From: an uncultured Gammaproteobacteria bacterium
GTDB taxonomy: Bacteria; Patescibacteriota; Microgenomatia; Levybacterales; UBA12049
Assembly: GCA_964637955.1 (NCBI GenBank)
Contig: CAZWXQ010000003.1
Location: 95,154 to 159,153, forward strand
Length of the DNA: 64,000 bases
Reading direction: 5' to 3'
Part shown: positions 9,631-19,614 of the stretch, one piece after another
Layout of the letters: the number at the start of each line of letters is the position of its first letter
Numbering within the stretch: the first letter of the stretch is position 1
Notes under the pieces: model-generated
Database searches by the model: none
What the model was told of the DNA's origin: nothing
What the model saw: only the letters and a program-made list of their open reading frames with translations
Program-made: the position numbers and the translations under genes

Positions 9631-10961
9631 TGCACAAGTTATTATTCAAAAATAGAATACAACTGCTATTAATTTCAATAATCTTATTGGGATTGGTATT
9701 AAGAGCGCATAATCTTACAACTTGGCCTAGGTTTGGTGCCACATTTGATGAATATGCATGGACTTGGCTTGGAATAAGTCTTATCAATAATCAAGTGCCT
9801 TCATCATGGTCGAATTATGAGGTGCATATGGGGCACAGAAAGTTTAAAGAATATCAAGATGTGAAATTTTGGATCATAGAGCCATATTTAGAGCATCCTC
9901 CATTATTTGGATTAGTCGCAGGCGGATTTGCAAAGTTAAATGGAGTGGAGGAGATGTTTGATCTAAATATTTATAAAATTCGTCCGTTGGCACTTATTCT
10001 TGGGGTTTTATCTATTGGTGCTTTGTTTATTCTGGTTAAAGAGCTTTATGATGACAAGACAGCGCTTTTGGCAAGTTTATTGTTTGCAACTGTTCCTACT
10101 ATTGTAATTGGATCTAGATTGGTGCAGAATGAGAATTTTTTTATACCACTGTATTTATTGTCTTTATTTTTAATAGCAAGATTTATTAAAAGCAAAAATA
10201 TTAAATATTTGTTGACTGTATCAATAATCTGCGGATTACTTACATTAGCCAAGGTTCCGTGGTTTGCTGCAGGATTGTCTATGGGATTAATACTTCTATT
10301 CAATAAAAAATACAAACATTTGCTTTTATTTTCCGGAATTGTTATATCCATTTTCTCTTTATTTTTAATTTATGGTGCTTATTTTAATTTAGAACTTTTT
10401 GTAAATGTATGGAAGTTCCAAATGGAAAGATATGAAATGACATTTAATAGCGTATTTAGTTTGTTTACTCAGCCATTTTTAGCAGATAGATTTTTTATTG
10501 ATGGATGGATCTATTTTGGCTGGATAGCCTTTATTTTGGTTTTATTGAAAGATATAAAAAAGAATTACATTTTGATTTTTGGATTTTTAGGCTATTTTCT
10601 TATATATGTATTTGCCATACCTGATACGCCAGGCCATGGATGGTATAGGTATCCATTTTATCCTTTCTTGATTATATCCTTAGCAATATTTATTAAAGAA
10701 TATTTTAATAAAAATATTATTCTTACTTTCATGTTTATTTTATTGGTTGGTTTATCTCTTTTAGAGAATTCATTTAAGAGGCAATTTGGATTTTCATTCT
10801 CATTTTTTAGGCTATTTTTAATTGCATCATGCTTTACGCTCCTTCCCTTATTTTTTAAAAGTAAAAGAGTAGCTAATTACTCAAAATTGTTTAGTTTTTT
10901 TATGCTAATATTTCTTTTTGGTCTAAACGTTTGGAGCGTTATGGAGTATAACGAGCAATAA
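9630..10961 (+). CDS. GT-C fold membrane glycosyltransferase (ArnT/PMT-like)
   Basis: 443 aa polytopic protein. 'RFGATFDEYAWTWLG' acidic motif in the first loop. Start codon overlaps the stop of the GT2 at 8899. Confidence 0.55.
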   Translation: MHKLLFKNRIQLLLISIILLGLVLRAHNLTTWPRFGATFDEYAWTWLGISLINNQVPSSWSNYEVHMGHRKFKEYQDVKFWIIEPYLEHPPLFGLVAGGFAKLNGVEEMFDLNIYKIRPLALILGVLSIGALFILVKELYDDKTALLASLLFATVPTIVIGSRLVQNENFFIPLYLLSLFLIARFIKSKNIKYLLTVSIICGLLTLAKVPWFAAGLSMGLILLFNKKYKHLLLFSGIVISIFSLFLIYGAYFNLELFVNVWKFQMERYEMTFNSVFSLFTQPFLADRFFIDGWIYFGWIAFILVLLKDIKKNYILIFGFLGYFLIYVFAIPDTPGHGWYRYPFYPFLIISLAIFIKEYFNKNIILTFMFILLVGLSLLENSFKRQFGFSFSFFRLFLIASCFTLLPLFFKSKRVANYSKLFSFFMLIFLFGLNVWSVMEYNEQ

Positions 10962-12071
10962 ATGCATATTTTAATTTTAAATTGGAGAGACGTTAAAAAT
11001 CCGGCATCAGGTGGTGCTGAAATACTGACCCAAGAAATAGCATCTAGCTTAGTTAAAAAAGGACATAGAGTTAGCTATATTTCATCATATTTTAATAAAT
11101 CTAAGAAGCGTGAGAGTATAGACGGTGTTGAGATAATTAGGGTTGGAGATCCAGACGCAAGGAGGATTTTCAAATCAGTACACTTTAATGCATACAAATT
11201 ATATAAAAATGAATTTAAAGGAAATGTAGATTTAGTAATCGATGAAGTGCATGGAATCCCATTTTTTACCCCTTTTTATGTTAAAGAAAAGAAAATTGCT
11301 TTGATATGTGAGATTGCAGGTGACTTGTGGAGTTTGGCAGTTAGATTTCCGTTTAATTTGCTTGGCCAGCTTATTGAGAGAATTTATCCATATTTCTATA
11401 AAAAAATAAAAGTTATTACTATTTCAGAGTCTTCTAGAAAAGATTTAATCAAATACGGTTTTCCAAGTTCACATGTAAAGATTATACCCATGGGATCAAA
11501 TTCAAAAGTTGTAAGCAGGATTCCTAAAAAAGAAAAAAATAAAACTTTGATTTTTATCTCAAGATTATCGCCAACTAAAGGAGTTAGTGATGCAATTAAA
11601 TCAGTTGAAATTTTAAAAAAGACATTTCCCGATATCAAGCTTTGGATAGTCGGCAGAGGTGAAGATAGTTTTAAGCAAGAATTAAGCGCGTTAGTTAAGG
11701 ATTTGGATTTAACTGAAAATATTAAATTTTATGGGTTTATCTCAGATTCTGAAAAAGAAGAATTGTTATCAAAAGCACATATATTAATAGCACCATCTGT
11801 AAAAGAAGGTTGGGGCCTTACTGTTCATGAGGCAGGAGCACGAGGTACGCCAGCTGTAGTTTATAATGTAGCAGGCTTAAGAGATGTTGTAAAAAATAAT
11901 GTAAATGGATTGGTTTGTACCAGTAATACTCCCCAGATATTAGCAAAAAATATATCTACTATGTTATCAAGTCAAAAATTATATCTGAAACTACAAGCTG
12001 GGGCAATTAATGAGAGAAAAAAACATACTTGGGATAATACAGCTGATAAGTTTTTAGAATATGCAAAATAA
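10962..12071 (+). CDS. Glycosyltransferase family 4
   Basis: 'SVKEGWGLTVHEAGARGTPAVV' GT4 C-terminal motif. Confidence 0.75.
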   Translation: MHILILNWRDVKNPASGGAEILTQEIASSLVKKGHRVSYISSYFNKSKKRESIDGVEIIRVGDPDARRIFKSVHFNAYKLYKNEFKGNVDLVIDEVHGIPFFTPFYVKEKKIALICEIAGDLWSLAVRFPFNLLGQLIERIYPYFYKKIKVITISESSRKDLIKYGFPSSHVKIIPMGSNSKVVSRIPKKEKNKTLIFISRLSPTKGVSDAIKSVEILKKTFPDIKLWIVGRGEDSFKQELSALVKDLDLTENIKFYGFISDSEKEELLSKAHILIAPSVKEGWGLTVHEAGARGTPAVVYNVAGLRDVVKNNVNGLVCTSNTPQILAKNISTMLSSQKLYLKLQAGAINERKKHTWDNTADKFLEYAK

Positions 12072-12900
12072 TAAACCATTAGTTTCTATCATTATTCCAA
12101 CAAGAAACTCTGCTCTCTATTTAGGAAACTGTTTACATTCAATAAAATCACAGACTTACAAGAATATTGAAACAATTATTGTGGATGGTTCCTCGACAGA
12201 CAATATTCTAGAGATTATAAAAAAGTATGAAGTTAGATATTTGAATTTTTCACCAAAAGTGAAAAAAGGAAAATTTGATGCACCACAGAAAAGAAATTTT
12301 GGAGTTAGTAAGTCCAAAGGAAAATTTGTTTATTATGTCGATGCAGATATGGAATTAAGTAAAAATTTGGTTAGTGAAGCTGTAAGGCTTTGCAGCAGTA
12401 CATATGATGGTCTAATTATAGCTGAGGATTCATTTGGGAAGGGGATTTGGGCTAGTGCAAAGAATTTAGAGCGGAAATGTTATTGGGGAGATGATAAGAT
12501 TGAGGCTCCAAGATTTTTTAAGAAAAAAGTTTGGGAAAAGCTTGGAGGACTTGATGAAAGTTTAGGTGGTGGAGGAGATGATTGGGACTTATACCAAAAA
12601 GCATTAAATGATGGATTTAAAATTGGAAGAACAAAAAATATTATTAGGCATAACGAAGGTGATTTGAAATTGATGAACCTTTTTAAAAAAAGATTCAAAT
12701 ATGGAAGAGATTCGGTTAAATATATTTCTAAAAGACCAAAAGAGGGAATCTCTAGTTATTTTCCGATAAGAAAGGCATATATCAAAAATTGGAGATTGTT
12801 TTTAGGACGACCAATTGATTCAATAGCATTTGTTGTAATGAGAACAATTGAATATGCTGCTGGTTTAAGTGGTATATTGTATTCATTAATTAAGAGATGA
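12061..12900 (+). CDS. Glycosyltransferase family 2
   Basis: 'LVSIIIPTRNSALYLGNCLHSIKSQTYKNIETIIVDGSSTD', 'YVDADM' DxD motif. Confidence 0.75.
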   Translation: MQNNKPLVSIIIPTRNSALYLGNCLHSIKSQTYKNIETIIVDGSSTDNILEIIKKYEVRYLNFSPKVKKGKFDAPQKRNFGVSKSKGKFVYYVDADMELSKNLVSEAVRLCSSTYDGLIIAEDSFGKGIWASAKNLERKCYWGDDKIEAPRFFKKKVWEKLGGLDESLGGGGDDWDLYQKALNDGFKIGRTKNIIRHNEGDLKLMNLFKKRFKYGRDSVKYISKRPKEGISSYFPIRKAYIKNWRLFLGRPIDSIAFVVMRTIEYAAGLSGILYSLIKR

Positions 12901-13883
12901 GTAATTATTGGCAAAATAAAAAGGTATTAGTTACAGGTGGAGCTGGATTTATAGGTTCTCATGCTGCTTTAGAGTTATTTAAAAAAAAATCTAAAGTTAC
13001 AATTGTTGTTTCTACTGATACTAAATTGAATAGATTAAGAAAAATTTATGGTTTAAATCTGGAAAAAATAATAGTCAAAAAAATAGATTTGACAAATTTT
13101 GATAGTTTTAAAAATGTTACAAAAGATCAAGAGATAGTTTTAAATTTTGCAGGATTGGATGGAGGATCTAAATTTAAGGTAGAGCATTCAGCGGAAATAT
13201 TTAGGATTAATAATTTGATTACATTAAATTTATTAGAATCTTGCAGAATAAATAAGGTAAATAAGGTTTTAATTATGAGCTCTATCGATATATATACTCA
13301 GAAATTAAAATCACCTATTAGAGAAGATCAATTTTTAATTAATTCTTCAGATGATCTTAATGGTTATTCAATGTCTAAGATTTTTTCTGAAATTGCCGCA
13401 AAATTATATTTTGAACAATACGGTCTACAGATAGCAATTGCGAGATCAGGCAATGTTTATGGGCCAGGTGATTATTCCGGGCTAGAAAAGGGCAGGGTGA
13501 TTCCAACTTTTATTTTAAATGCAAATGAAAATAAAGATATTAAAATCTGGGGTGATGCAGATCAAAAAAAATCATTTATCTATGTTACTGATTTAATAGA
13601 AAACTTACTTAATCTTACGAAGAATTATTCAAATTCTGATCCTGTAAATATTGCAGGAAAAAAATATGTTAGCTTATTGGAATTAGCAAATAAAATTATT
13701 CAAATTACTGAAAGTGATAGTAAGGCTAGTATGTTGAATGTTAACAAGATAAATAAAAAAGAAAGAAAAATTAGCTTAAATAAAGCAAATAAAGTAATTA
13801 AATTTTATGAAAAAACATCGCTTGAAGAGGGTCTGAAAAATATTATATATTCGGAGGATAAAAAAAATGAAAAATGTATTTGA
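12897..13883 (+). CDS. NAD(P)-dependent sugar epimerase/dehydratase/reductase (extended SDR)
   Basis: 'VLVTGGAGFIGSH' and 'YSMSK' YxxxK. Confidence 0.7.
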   Translation: MSNYWQNKKVLVTGGAGFIGSHAALELFKKKSKVTIVVSTDTKLNRLRKIYGLNLEKIIVKKIDLTNFDSFKNVTKDQEIVLNFAGLDGGSKFKVEHSAEIFRINNLITLNLLESCRINKVNKVLIMSSIDIYTQKLKSPIREDQFLINSSDDLNGYSMSKIFSEIAAKLYFEQYGLQIAIARSGNVYGPGDYSGLEKGRVIPTFILNANENKDIKIWGDADQKKSFIYVTDLIENLLNLTKNYSNSDPVNIAGKKYVSLLELANKIIQITESDSKASMLNVNKINKKERKISLNKANKVIKFYEKTSLEEGLKNIIYSEDKKNEKCI

Positions 13884-14436
13884 ACTAATTAATTCTGATT
13901 GGCAAAGATATTATAAGTTACATAAAAAATTAAATATATTAATAAAACTGGTAATCTTTTTTCACAATCCAGGTATGTTATTTTCAATTATATACAGGTT
14001 TGAAAATTATTTATTTCAGAGTAATAATATAATATCGATTGTAATTAGAAATTTATTTTATCCATTTTATTTTATTTTTACATATTATATTCTAAATATA
14101 GATATTCCTCCTCAGGTATCAATCGGAAAAGGATTATATGTTCACAATAGAGGAATAATTTTCTCTCAATCAGTAAAAGCAGGAGACAACTTAACATTAA
14201 TTGGGCCTTTAACAATTGGAATGAAGGGTACAGTGACCGGTGGTGGACTTACACCATCGCTTGGAAATGACGTATTCGTTTTTTCAGGGGCTAGAGTTAT
14301 AGGGGGAATTAAAGTAGGCAATAATGTTTATATAGGAGCAAATGCGGTTGTTCTAAAAAACGTTCCTTCAAATTGTGTTGTTGGTGGGGTTCCGGCAAAA
14401 ATTATTAAAAGGTTGAAGAGAAATGAAATACTATAA
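13867..14436 (+). CDS. Hexapeptide-repeat (LbH) acetyltransferase, serine/sugar O-acetyltransferase-like
   Basis: Membrane-associated N-terminal half followed by 'IGKGLYVHNRGIIFSQ...GARVIGGIKVGNNVYIGANAVV...GGVPAKII' hexapeptide repeats. Confidence 0.65.
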   Translation: MKNVFELINSDWQRYYKLHKKLNILIKLVIFFHNPGMLFSIIYRFENYLFQSNNIISIVIRNLFYPFYFIFTYYILNIDIPPQVSIGKGLYVHNRGIIFSQSVKAGDNLTLIGPLTIGMKGTVTGGGLTPSLGNDVFVFSGARVIGGIKVGNNVYIGANAVVLKNVPSNCVVGGVPAKIIKRLKRNEIL

Positions 14437-14443
14437 TTAAGAT

Positions 14444-15178
14444 ATGAAGTTTATAAATATATTTAAAATAAAATATTCAAATCCAATGGAAATGATTTCT
14501 ATTATTAAGGATATTTTTGTTTTTCAGGAATATAAATTTACTTCAAAAAAAAAGAAACCATTTATAATTGACTGTGGATCTCATATTGGCCTTAGCATAA
14601 TTTATTTCAAAAAACTTTATCCGTCTGCATCAATAATAGGATTTGAGGCTAATCCGAAAACATATGCTCTTCTAGTTGAAAATATATCTAGAGACTCACT
14701 GACTAACGTAGAATTAGTAAATAAAGCTGTGGGAAAGTCATACGGGAAAATTGATTACTATGTTTCAGCTTTAACTAAAAATGCTTGGAGTTGGGGAGAT
14801 TCTGGGGTTAAAAATGCTTGGTATAACAGTCGTGACTATAAAACCATACAGGTGCCTTGTGTTAAGTTATCCAAATACATTAACAAAGAAGTTGATTTGA
14901 TAAAAATTGATATCGAAGGAATGGAGGAGATTGTTCTTCAGGAAATAAAACCTAAGCTTAAATATGTTAATGAAATTATAATGGAATATCATGGAAGTAA
15001 AAAAAGTAAAAATAATCAACTTAAAAACATACTTAATACATTAGAGGAAAATGGATTCGATTATAGGTTAAAATATCCATCATCTTTATTGCATCCATTT
15101 AGAAAAGAGATATCAAATATAGGGGATATTAAAACTGATGTTTATTTTTTAATTATTCATGCTCGAAAGATTGACTAA
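14444..15178 (+). CDS. FkbM-family SAM-dependent methyltransferase (sugar O-methyltransferase candidate)
   Basis: 'PFIIDCGSHIGLSIIYFKKLYPSASIIGFEANPKTYALL' is the FkbM-domain signature. Confidence 0.65.
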   Translation: MKFINIFKIKYSNPMEMISIIKDIFVFQEYKFTSKKKKPFIIDCGSHIGLSIIYFKKLYPSASIIGFEANPKTYALLVENISRDSLTNVELVNKAVGKSYGKIDYYVSALTKNAWSWGDSGVKNAWYNSRDYKTIQVPCVKLSKYINKEVDLIKIDIEGMEEIVLQEIKPKLKYVNEIIMEYHGSKKSKNNQLKNILNTLEENGFDYRLKYPSSLLHPFRKEISNIGDIKTDVYFLIIHARKID

Positions 15179-15246
15179 TTTTAAAATAAATTCTATAAAT
15201 GTAAATTGTAATCAATAATTACATTTGTTAATATTTAAATGTTTAA

Positions 15247-16044
15247 ATGGTAAAGAAAAAAATAGTTAATAAATCAATTCCAGTTGTAATATTCTGTGGA
15301 GGGCAAGGAACTCGAATGAAAGAAGAAACAGAATTTCGTCCAAAGCCAATGGTTTCTGTTGGTGGTATGCCAATTTTACTCCACATAATGAAAATATATT
15401 CCTATTATGGATTTAATAATTTTATTATTGCATTGGGATATAAAGGAGATTATATTAAAAATTATTTTATAGAAGAGGAATATCTGGCTCACGATTTTAC
15501 TATAAATACAAAGACTGGAAAAAAAGTTTTATATAGAAAAACAGGAGAGAGAAATGATGATTTTAATATAACTTTTGTAGATACAGGTCTTGAGACGTTA
15601 ACAGCTGAAAGACTTATTAAAGTTAAGTCATATATTAAATCTGATACTTTTATGGCAACTTATGGAGATGGTGTAGGTAGTGTTTCTATTGATAAATTAT
15701 TGGATTTTCATAAAAGCAAAAATATTATAGGAACGCTAACTGGTGTACATCCAAAATCTAAATGGGGTTTGGTTATTTCTGATAAAGAGAATATAGTCAA
15801 GAAGTTTGAGCAAAAACCTCAACTTAATCAGTATGTTAATGGAGGCTTTATGGTATTTAATAAAAAGATATTCGATTTTATTAAGCCAAATGAAATGATA
15901 GAGGTAGGACTGAATAGACTAATTGATAAAAGTCAGCTTGGTGTGTTTATTCATGATGGTTATTGGTCCGCGATGGACACATATCAAGATGTAGAGGAGA
16001 TGAATAATCAGTGGAATAATGATCCAAAATGGAAAGTCTGGTAG
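15247..16044 (+). CDS. rfbF: Glucose-1-phosphate cytidylyltransferase (CDP-glucose pyrophosphorylase)
   Basis: 'VVIFCGGQGTRMKEETEFRPKPMVSVGGMPILLHIMKIYSYYGFNNFIIALGYKGDYIKNYF' is co-linear with Salmonella RfbF ('AVILAGGLGTRLSEET..KPKPMVEIGGKPILWHIMK.YS..G..DFIIC.GYKG'). 265 aa. Confidence 0.8.
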   Translation: MVKKKIVNKSIPVVIFCGGQGTRMKEETEFRPKPMVSVGGMPILLHIMKIYSYYGFNNFIIALGYKGDYIKNYFIEEEYLAHDFTINTKTGKKVLYRKTGERNDDFNITFVDTGLETLTAERLIKVKSYIKSDTFMATYGDGVGSVSIDKLLDFHKSKNIIGTLTGVHPKSKWGLVISDKENIVKKFEQKPQLNQYVNGGFMVFNKKIFDFIKPNEMIEVGLNRLIDKSQLGVFIHDGYWSAMDTYQDVEEMNNQWNNDPKWKVW

Positions 16045-16141
16045 ACTTTTGTAAGAATCATTCAAACATTTGCTGATTAAATTTTGGAATAATCTACGCA
16101 AATTAATGCTTGAAAGTGATTTAGGATTTTAAAAAATAATT

Positions 16142-17170
16142 ATGAGAAATGTATTAGTTACAGGAGATCTAGGATATATAGGTTCAGTTTTGGTTCCTAA
16201 GATTATTGATAAAGGATTTGAAGTTATCGGTTTTGATACTGGTTATTTTGAAGAAATGATTGATGATAATCATAAGAAGCCAGTTTATAAAACAATTAAG
16301 AAAGATATTAGAAAAATAACAAAAAAAGATTTAGAAGGCATTGACTCAATTATTCATCTAAGTGCTTTGTCAAATGATCCAATGGGAGAAATTAATCCAA
16401 TGCTGACTGAAGAAATTAATTATAAAGCTTCGGTAAGGCTTGCAAGATTAGCAAAAGAGGCAGGAGTTAAAAGGTTTATTTTTTCTTCATCATGCAGCGT
16501 GTATGGATTTTCAGAGAATGGAATTGTTTCTGAAGAATCAAAAGCTAATCCTTTAACTGCGTATGCAGAGTCAAAAATTAAAACTGAGAAAAAAATTTCA
16601 AAACTTGCTGACGATAAATTTTTTGTAGGTATTCTTAGAAACTCTACAGTATATGGTTATTCCCCACGTTTTAGAAGTGATCTAGTGGTAAATAATTTAG
16701 TTTTATCAGCGTTACTTCACGATGAAATCAGAATAATGAGTGATGGTAGTCCATGGAGACCGCTTATTGATGTTAGAGATTTAAGTGATATTTTTATTCT
16801 ATTTTTAGAAACTAAAAAGAAGAGTTTAAATGGTAAAGTTGTAAATATTGGATTTGAGGAAAATAATTTTCAAGTTAAAAACTTGGCAAATATAATTAAA
16901 AAACAAATCCCAACCTGCAAGATTGTTTATACAGGTGAGCATGGTAAGGATAGCAGGAGTTATAAGGTAGACTTTACATTATTTAAAAATCTATTTCCTG
17001 ATCAAAAACAAAACTGGAACATGAATAAATCTGTAAAAAATTTAATTAAAGAACTCAAGAGTCTGGGTGTTGAAGACTCAAATTATAATTTGAATAATTT
17101 AATCAGAATAGAAGTTCTTAAGGACCTAATTAAGGATAAAAAAATAAATAATGAATTATATTGGATTTAG
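16142..17170 (+). CDS. NAD-dependent sugar-nucleotide epimerase/dehydratase (extended SDR)
   Basis: 'VLVTGDLGYIGS', 'SSCSVYG', 'YAESK'. Follows rfbF, so it could act as the 4,6-dehydratase step; that is unproven. Confidence 0.65.
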   Translation: MRNVLVTGDLGYIGSVLVPKIIDKGFEVIGFDTGYFEEMIDDNHKKPVYKTIKKDIRKITKKDLEGIDSIIHLSALSNDPMGEINPMLTEEINYKASVRLARLAKEAGVKRFIFSSSCSVYGFSENGIVSEESKANPLTAYAESKIKTEKKISKLADDKFFVGILRNSTVYGYSPRFRSDLVVNNLVLSALLHDEIRIMSDGSPWRPLIDVRDLSDIFILFLETKKKSLNGKVVNIGFEENNFQVKNLANIIKKQIPTCKIVYTGEHGKDSRSYKVDFTLFKNLFPDQKQNWNMNKSVKNLIKELKSLGVEDSNYNLNNLIRIEVLKDLIKDKKINNELYWI

Positions 17171-17239
17171 AACCAATTTCAATAAAATTTATATTTATTC
17201 TAGTTACAATTTATGCTAATATAACTTAATAATTGAATT

Positions 17240-17689
17240 ATGATTGATGGAGTAATAATTAAACAACTTAAAAAAATTCCCGATGAAAGAGGTACGATAA
17301 TGCATGTCCTTAGATCTGATGATAGTGAATTTACTAAATTCGGGGAAGTTTATATTTCAAAAGCATATCCAGGAGTAATTAAAGGATGGCACTTGCATAC
17401 CAAGATGACGCTTAATTACTGCGTGATAGAAGGAATGGCTAAATTAGTTTTATGTGATGATAGAAAAAAGTCTAAAACTTATAAAGAAATTCAGGAAATA
17501 TTTATGGGTGAAGACAATTACTGCTTAGTTCAGATTCCTCCTGGAGTTATGAATGGATATAAGACTATTGGCACTAAGCCTTCACTATTAATAAATTGTC
17601 CTGATTCTGCTCATGATCCTAAGGAGATGTTAAGATTCGATCCTCTTAGTAAAAAAGTACCTTATTCTTGGGATCTTGTTATGAGATAA
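17240..17689 (+). CDS. Small RmlC/FdtA-like cupin (sugar-nucleotide epimerase or 3,4-ketoisomerase)
   Basis: 149 aa. 'KIPDERGTIMHV' and 'GWHLH' match the cupin sugar-isomerase family. Confidence 0.5.
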   Translation: MIDGVIIKQLKKIPDERGTIMHVLRSDDSEFTKFGEVYISKAYPGVIKGWHLHTKMTLNYCVIEGMAKLVLCDDRKKSKTYKEIQEIFMGEDNYCLVQIPPGVMNGYKTIGTKPSLLINCPDSAHDPKEMLRFDPLSKKVPYSWDLVMR

Positions 17690-17723
17690 GCTGTCCAACG
17701 GGTCTCCGCAATGAATTTATTAC

Positions 17724-18593
17724 ATGAAAATATTTCTTATTGGTAAAAATGGACAACTCGGACATGAAATCGAGAAGCTCTCATTAAAAAATAATTATAA
17801 AATTTCCTCATTTGGTAAAGATGAATTAGATATCTTAAATTATAAGGATGTTAAAAAAAAGATATTAAGATTAAAGCCCGATGTTGTAATTAATACAGCT
17901 GCAATGCATGTTGTGCCCGACTGTGAGACAGATCCTATTAAAGCATTTCAAATAAATTCTTTTGCTCAAAAAAATATCGCTGAGATTTGTAATGAAAATA
18001 ATATTAAATCCGTTTATATCTCTACTGATAAGGTATTTGATGGTACAAAAAAAACTCCATACTCAGAAACTGATAGGCCAAATCCAATTCAAAATTATGG
18101 ATTATCAAAGCTTGCTGGGGAATTTTTAACTCTAAATAATAACAAAAATAGTTTAGTTATAAGAACATCGATTATATTTGGAGGGCTAGCTGGTAGCAGG
18201 CAGAAAAAAGGAAATTTCGTTTTGTACATTTTAAACAAAGCGAAAGAAGAAAAGCGATTGGAAATTTCCTCTGAGCAAATTACGAGCTTTGTATATGCTG
18301 ATGATTTAGCAAAATCTATTCTTGGGTTGGTTAAGAAGAAAAAAAATGGTATTTATAATGTTTCGAATCAGAAACATTCTTCATCAGCAATATTTGCAAA
18401 AGAAATTATAAAAATAAGAAGCTTAGATCTTAAAATAATCCCAGTTGATAGAGGAGGCTTTTATGGGCAAATGAGAACTCCAATCTTTACGGCTCTAAGT
18501 ACATCGAAATTAAAATCCGCAGGGATTACGCTTCCTGATTGGCAGACAAGTCTTAAGTGCTATTTAAAATATTTGGAGTCAAATGGGATATGA
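17724..18593 (+). CDS. RmlD-like NAD(P)H sugar-nucleotide 4-reductase (dTDP-4-dehydrorhamnose reductase family)
   Basis: 'MKIFLIGKNGQLG', 'YGLSKLAGE', ~289 aa. The same fold includes CDP-abequose/paratose synthases. Confidence 0.6.
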   Translation: MKIFLIGKNGQLGHEIEKLSLKNNYKISSFGKDELDILNYKDVKKKILRLKPDVVINTAAMHVVPDCETDPIKAFQINSFAQKNIAEICNENNIKSVYISTDKVFDGTKKTPYSETDRPNPIQNYGLSKLAGEFLTLNNNKNSLVIRTSIIFGGLAGSRQKKGNFVLYILNKAKEEKRLEISSEQITSFVYADDLAKSILGLVKKKKNGIYNVSNQKHSSSAIFAKEIIKIRSLDLKIIPVDRGGFYGQMRTPIFTALSTSKLKSAGITLPDWQTSLKCYLKYLESNGI

Positions 18594-19612
18594 GTAAACC
18601 ACTCGTATCTATAGTGATTTTAAATTGGAATGGTAAAAAAAGGCTTGAAGCGTGCTTAAAATCTCTAAAAAAAATTAAGTACCCCTCGATAGAGATTGTG
18701 CTTGTTAATAATGGTTCAACAGACAAAAGTAAAGAATTTGTTGAAAAAAATTACCCACAAATTAAGCTTATTAACTTAATAGATAATATTGGTTATGCGG
18801 GTGGAAAAAATCTTGGAGTAAAGCACGCATCCGGAAAATATATTCTTGCGTTAGATAATGATACGGTTGTTACTCCTGATTTTGTAGATGTTTTAGTTAA
18901 AGATTTAGAAAAGGATAAATCAATCGGAATAGTTCAGCCACAGATAAGAAGTATGTCAAATGAAAAATTATTAGACTCAGTAGTTTCATTTTTTACATTC
19001 ACTGGATTTTTATATCACTTTGGATATATGAAATCACACGAGAATAAAATTTATCAAACAAAAATGTTTGGGTATTCCATAAAAGGAGCCTGTTTTATGA
19101 TTTCAAAAGCTGATTATTTGAAGCTCGGGGGGCTGGACGAGTTATTTCTTTCTTATGTAGAGGAGACAGATCTCTGTCATAGGATGTGGATGTATGGGAA
19201 AAAAGTTTTATACGATCCGGAAAGTGTAATTTACCATTTTGGTGGAGGAGATACTTTGACCATGACAACAAGTAATGACTCTCTTTTTAGAGCATTTCGA
19301 AATAGATATTACTCATACATAAAAAATTTTAGCACTCTATATTTAATTAAAATTTTACCAGTCCATTTTATTATGTGTGAAATGTTTGTTGTTTTCTCTC
19401 TTCTCAAAAGAAATTTTAAACAGGCATATTATGTTCAAAAAGGGACGCTTTGTTGGGTATTGAAGTTACCAGCTCTATTAAAGAAGCGAAAATTAATTCA
19501 GAAAAAAATTAGAAAAAAGACTGATTCACAAATTGTTCCAGTTTTTACTAAAAATCCTAGATTTTCATATTATTTTTACCTAGGGAGTGGATTAGTAAAC
19601 TTTAAAGATTAA
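18590..19612 (+). CDS. Glycosyltransferase family 2 (rhamnosyltransferase-like). Start assigned to the ATG in the ATGA overlap with the upstream stop.
   Basis: 'PLVSIVILNWNGKKRLEACLKSL...IEIVLVNNGSTD', 'LDNDTVV' DxD motif. The ORF-track start at 18557 lies inside the previous gene. Confidence 0.7.
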   Translation: MSKPLVSIVILNWNGKKRLEACLKSLKKIKYPSIEIVLVNNGSTDKSKEFVEKNYPQIKLINLIDNIGYAGGKNLGVKHASGKYILALDNDTVVTPDFVDVLVKDLEKDKSIGIVQPQIRSMSNEKLLDSVVSFFTFTGFLYHFGYMKSHENKIYQTKMFGYSIKGACFMISKADYLKLGGLDELFLSYVEETDLCHRMWMYGKKVLYDPESVIYHFGGGDTLTMTTSNDSLFRAFRNRYYSYIKNFSTLYLIKILPVHFIMCEMFVVFSLLKRNFKQAYYVQKGTLCWVLKLPALLKKRKLIQKKIRKKTDSQIVPVFTKNPRFSYYFYLGSGLVNFKD

Positions 19613-19614
19613 TA

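Noticed and set aside
16142-17170. Calling the SDR after rfbF specifically CDP-glucose 4,6-dehydratase (RfbG)
   Set aside because: Position suggests it, but the N-terminus ('VLVTGDLGYIGS') does not show the RfbG-type 'TGFKGSWL' start I remember. Left as a generic SDR epimerase/dehydratase.
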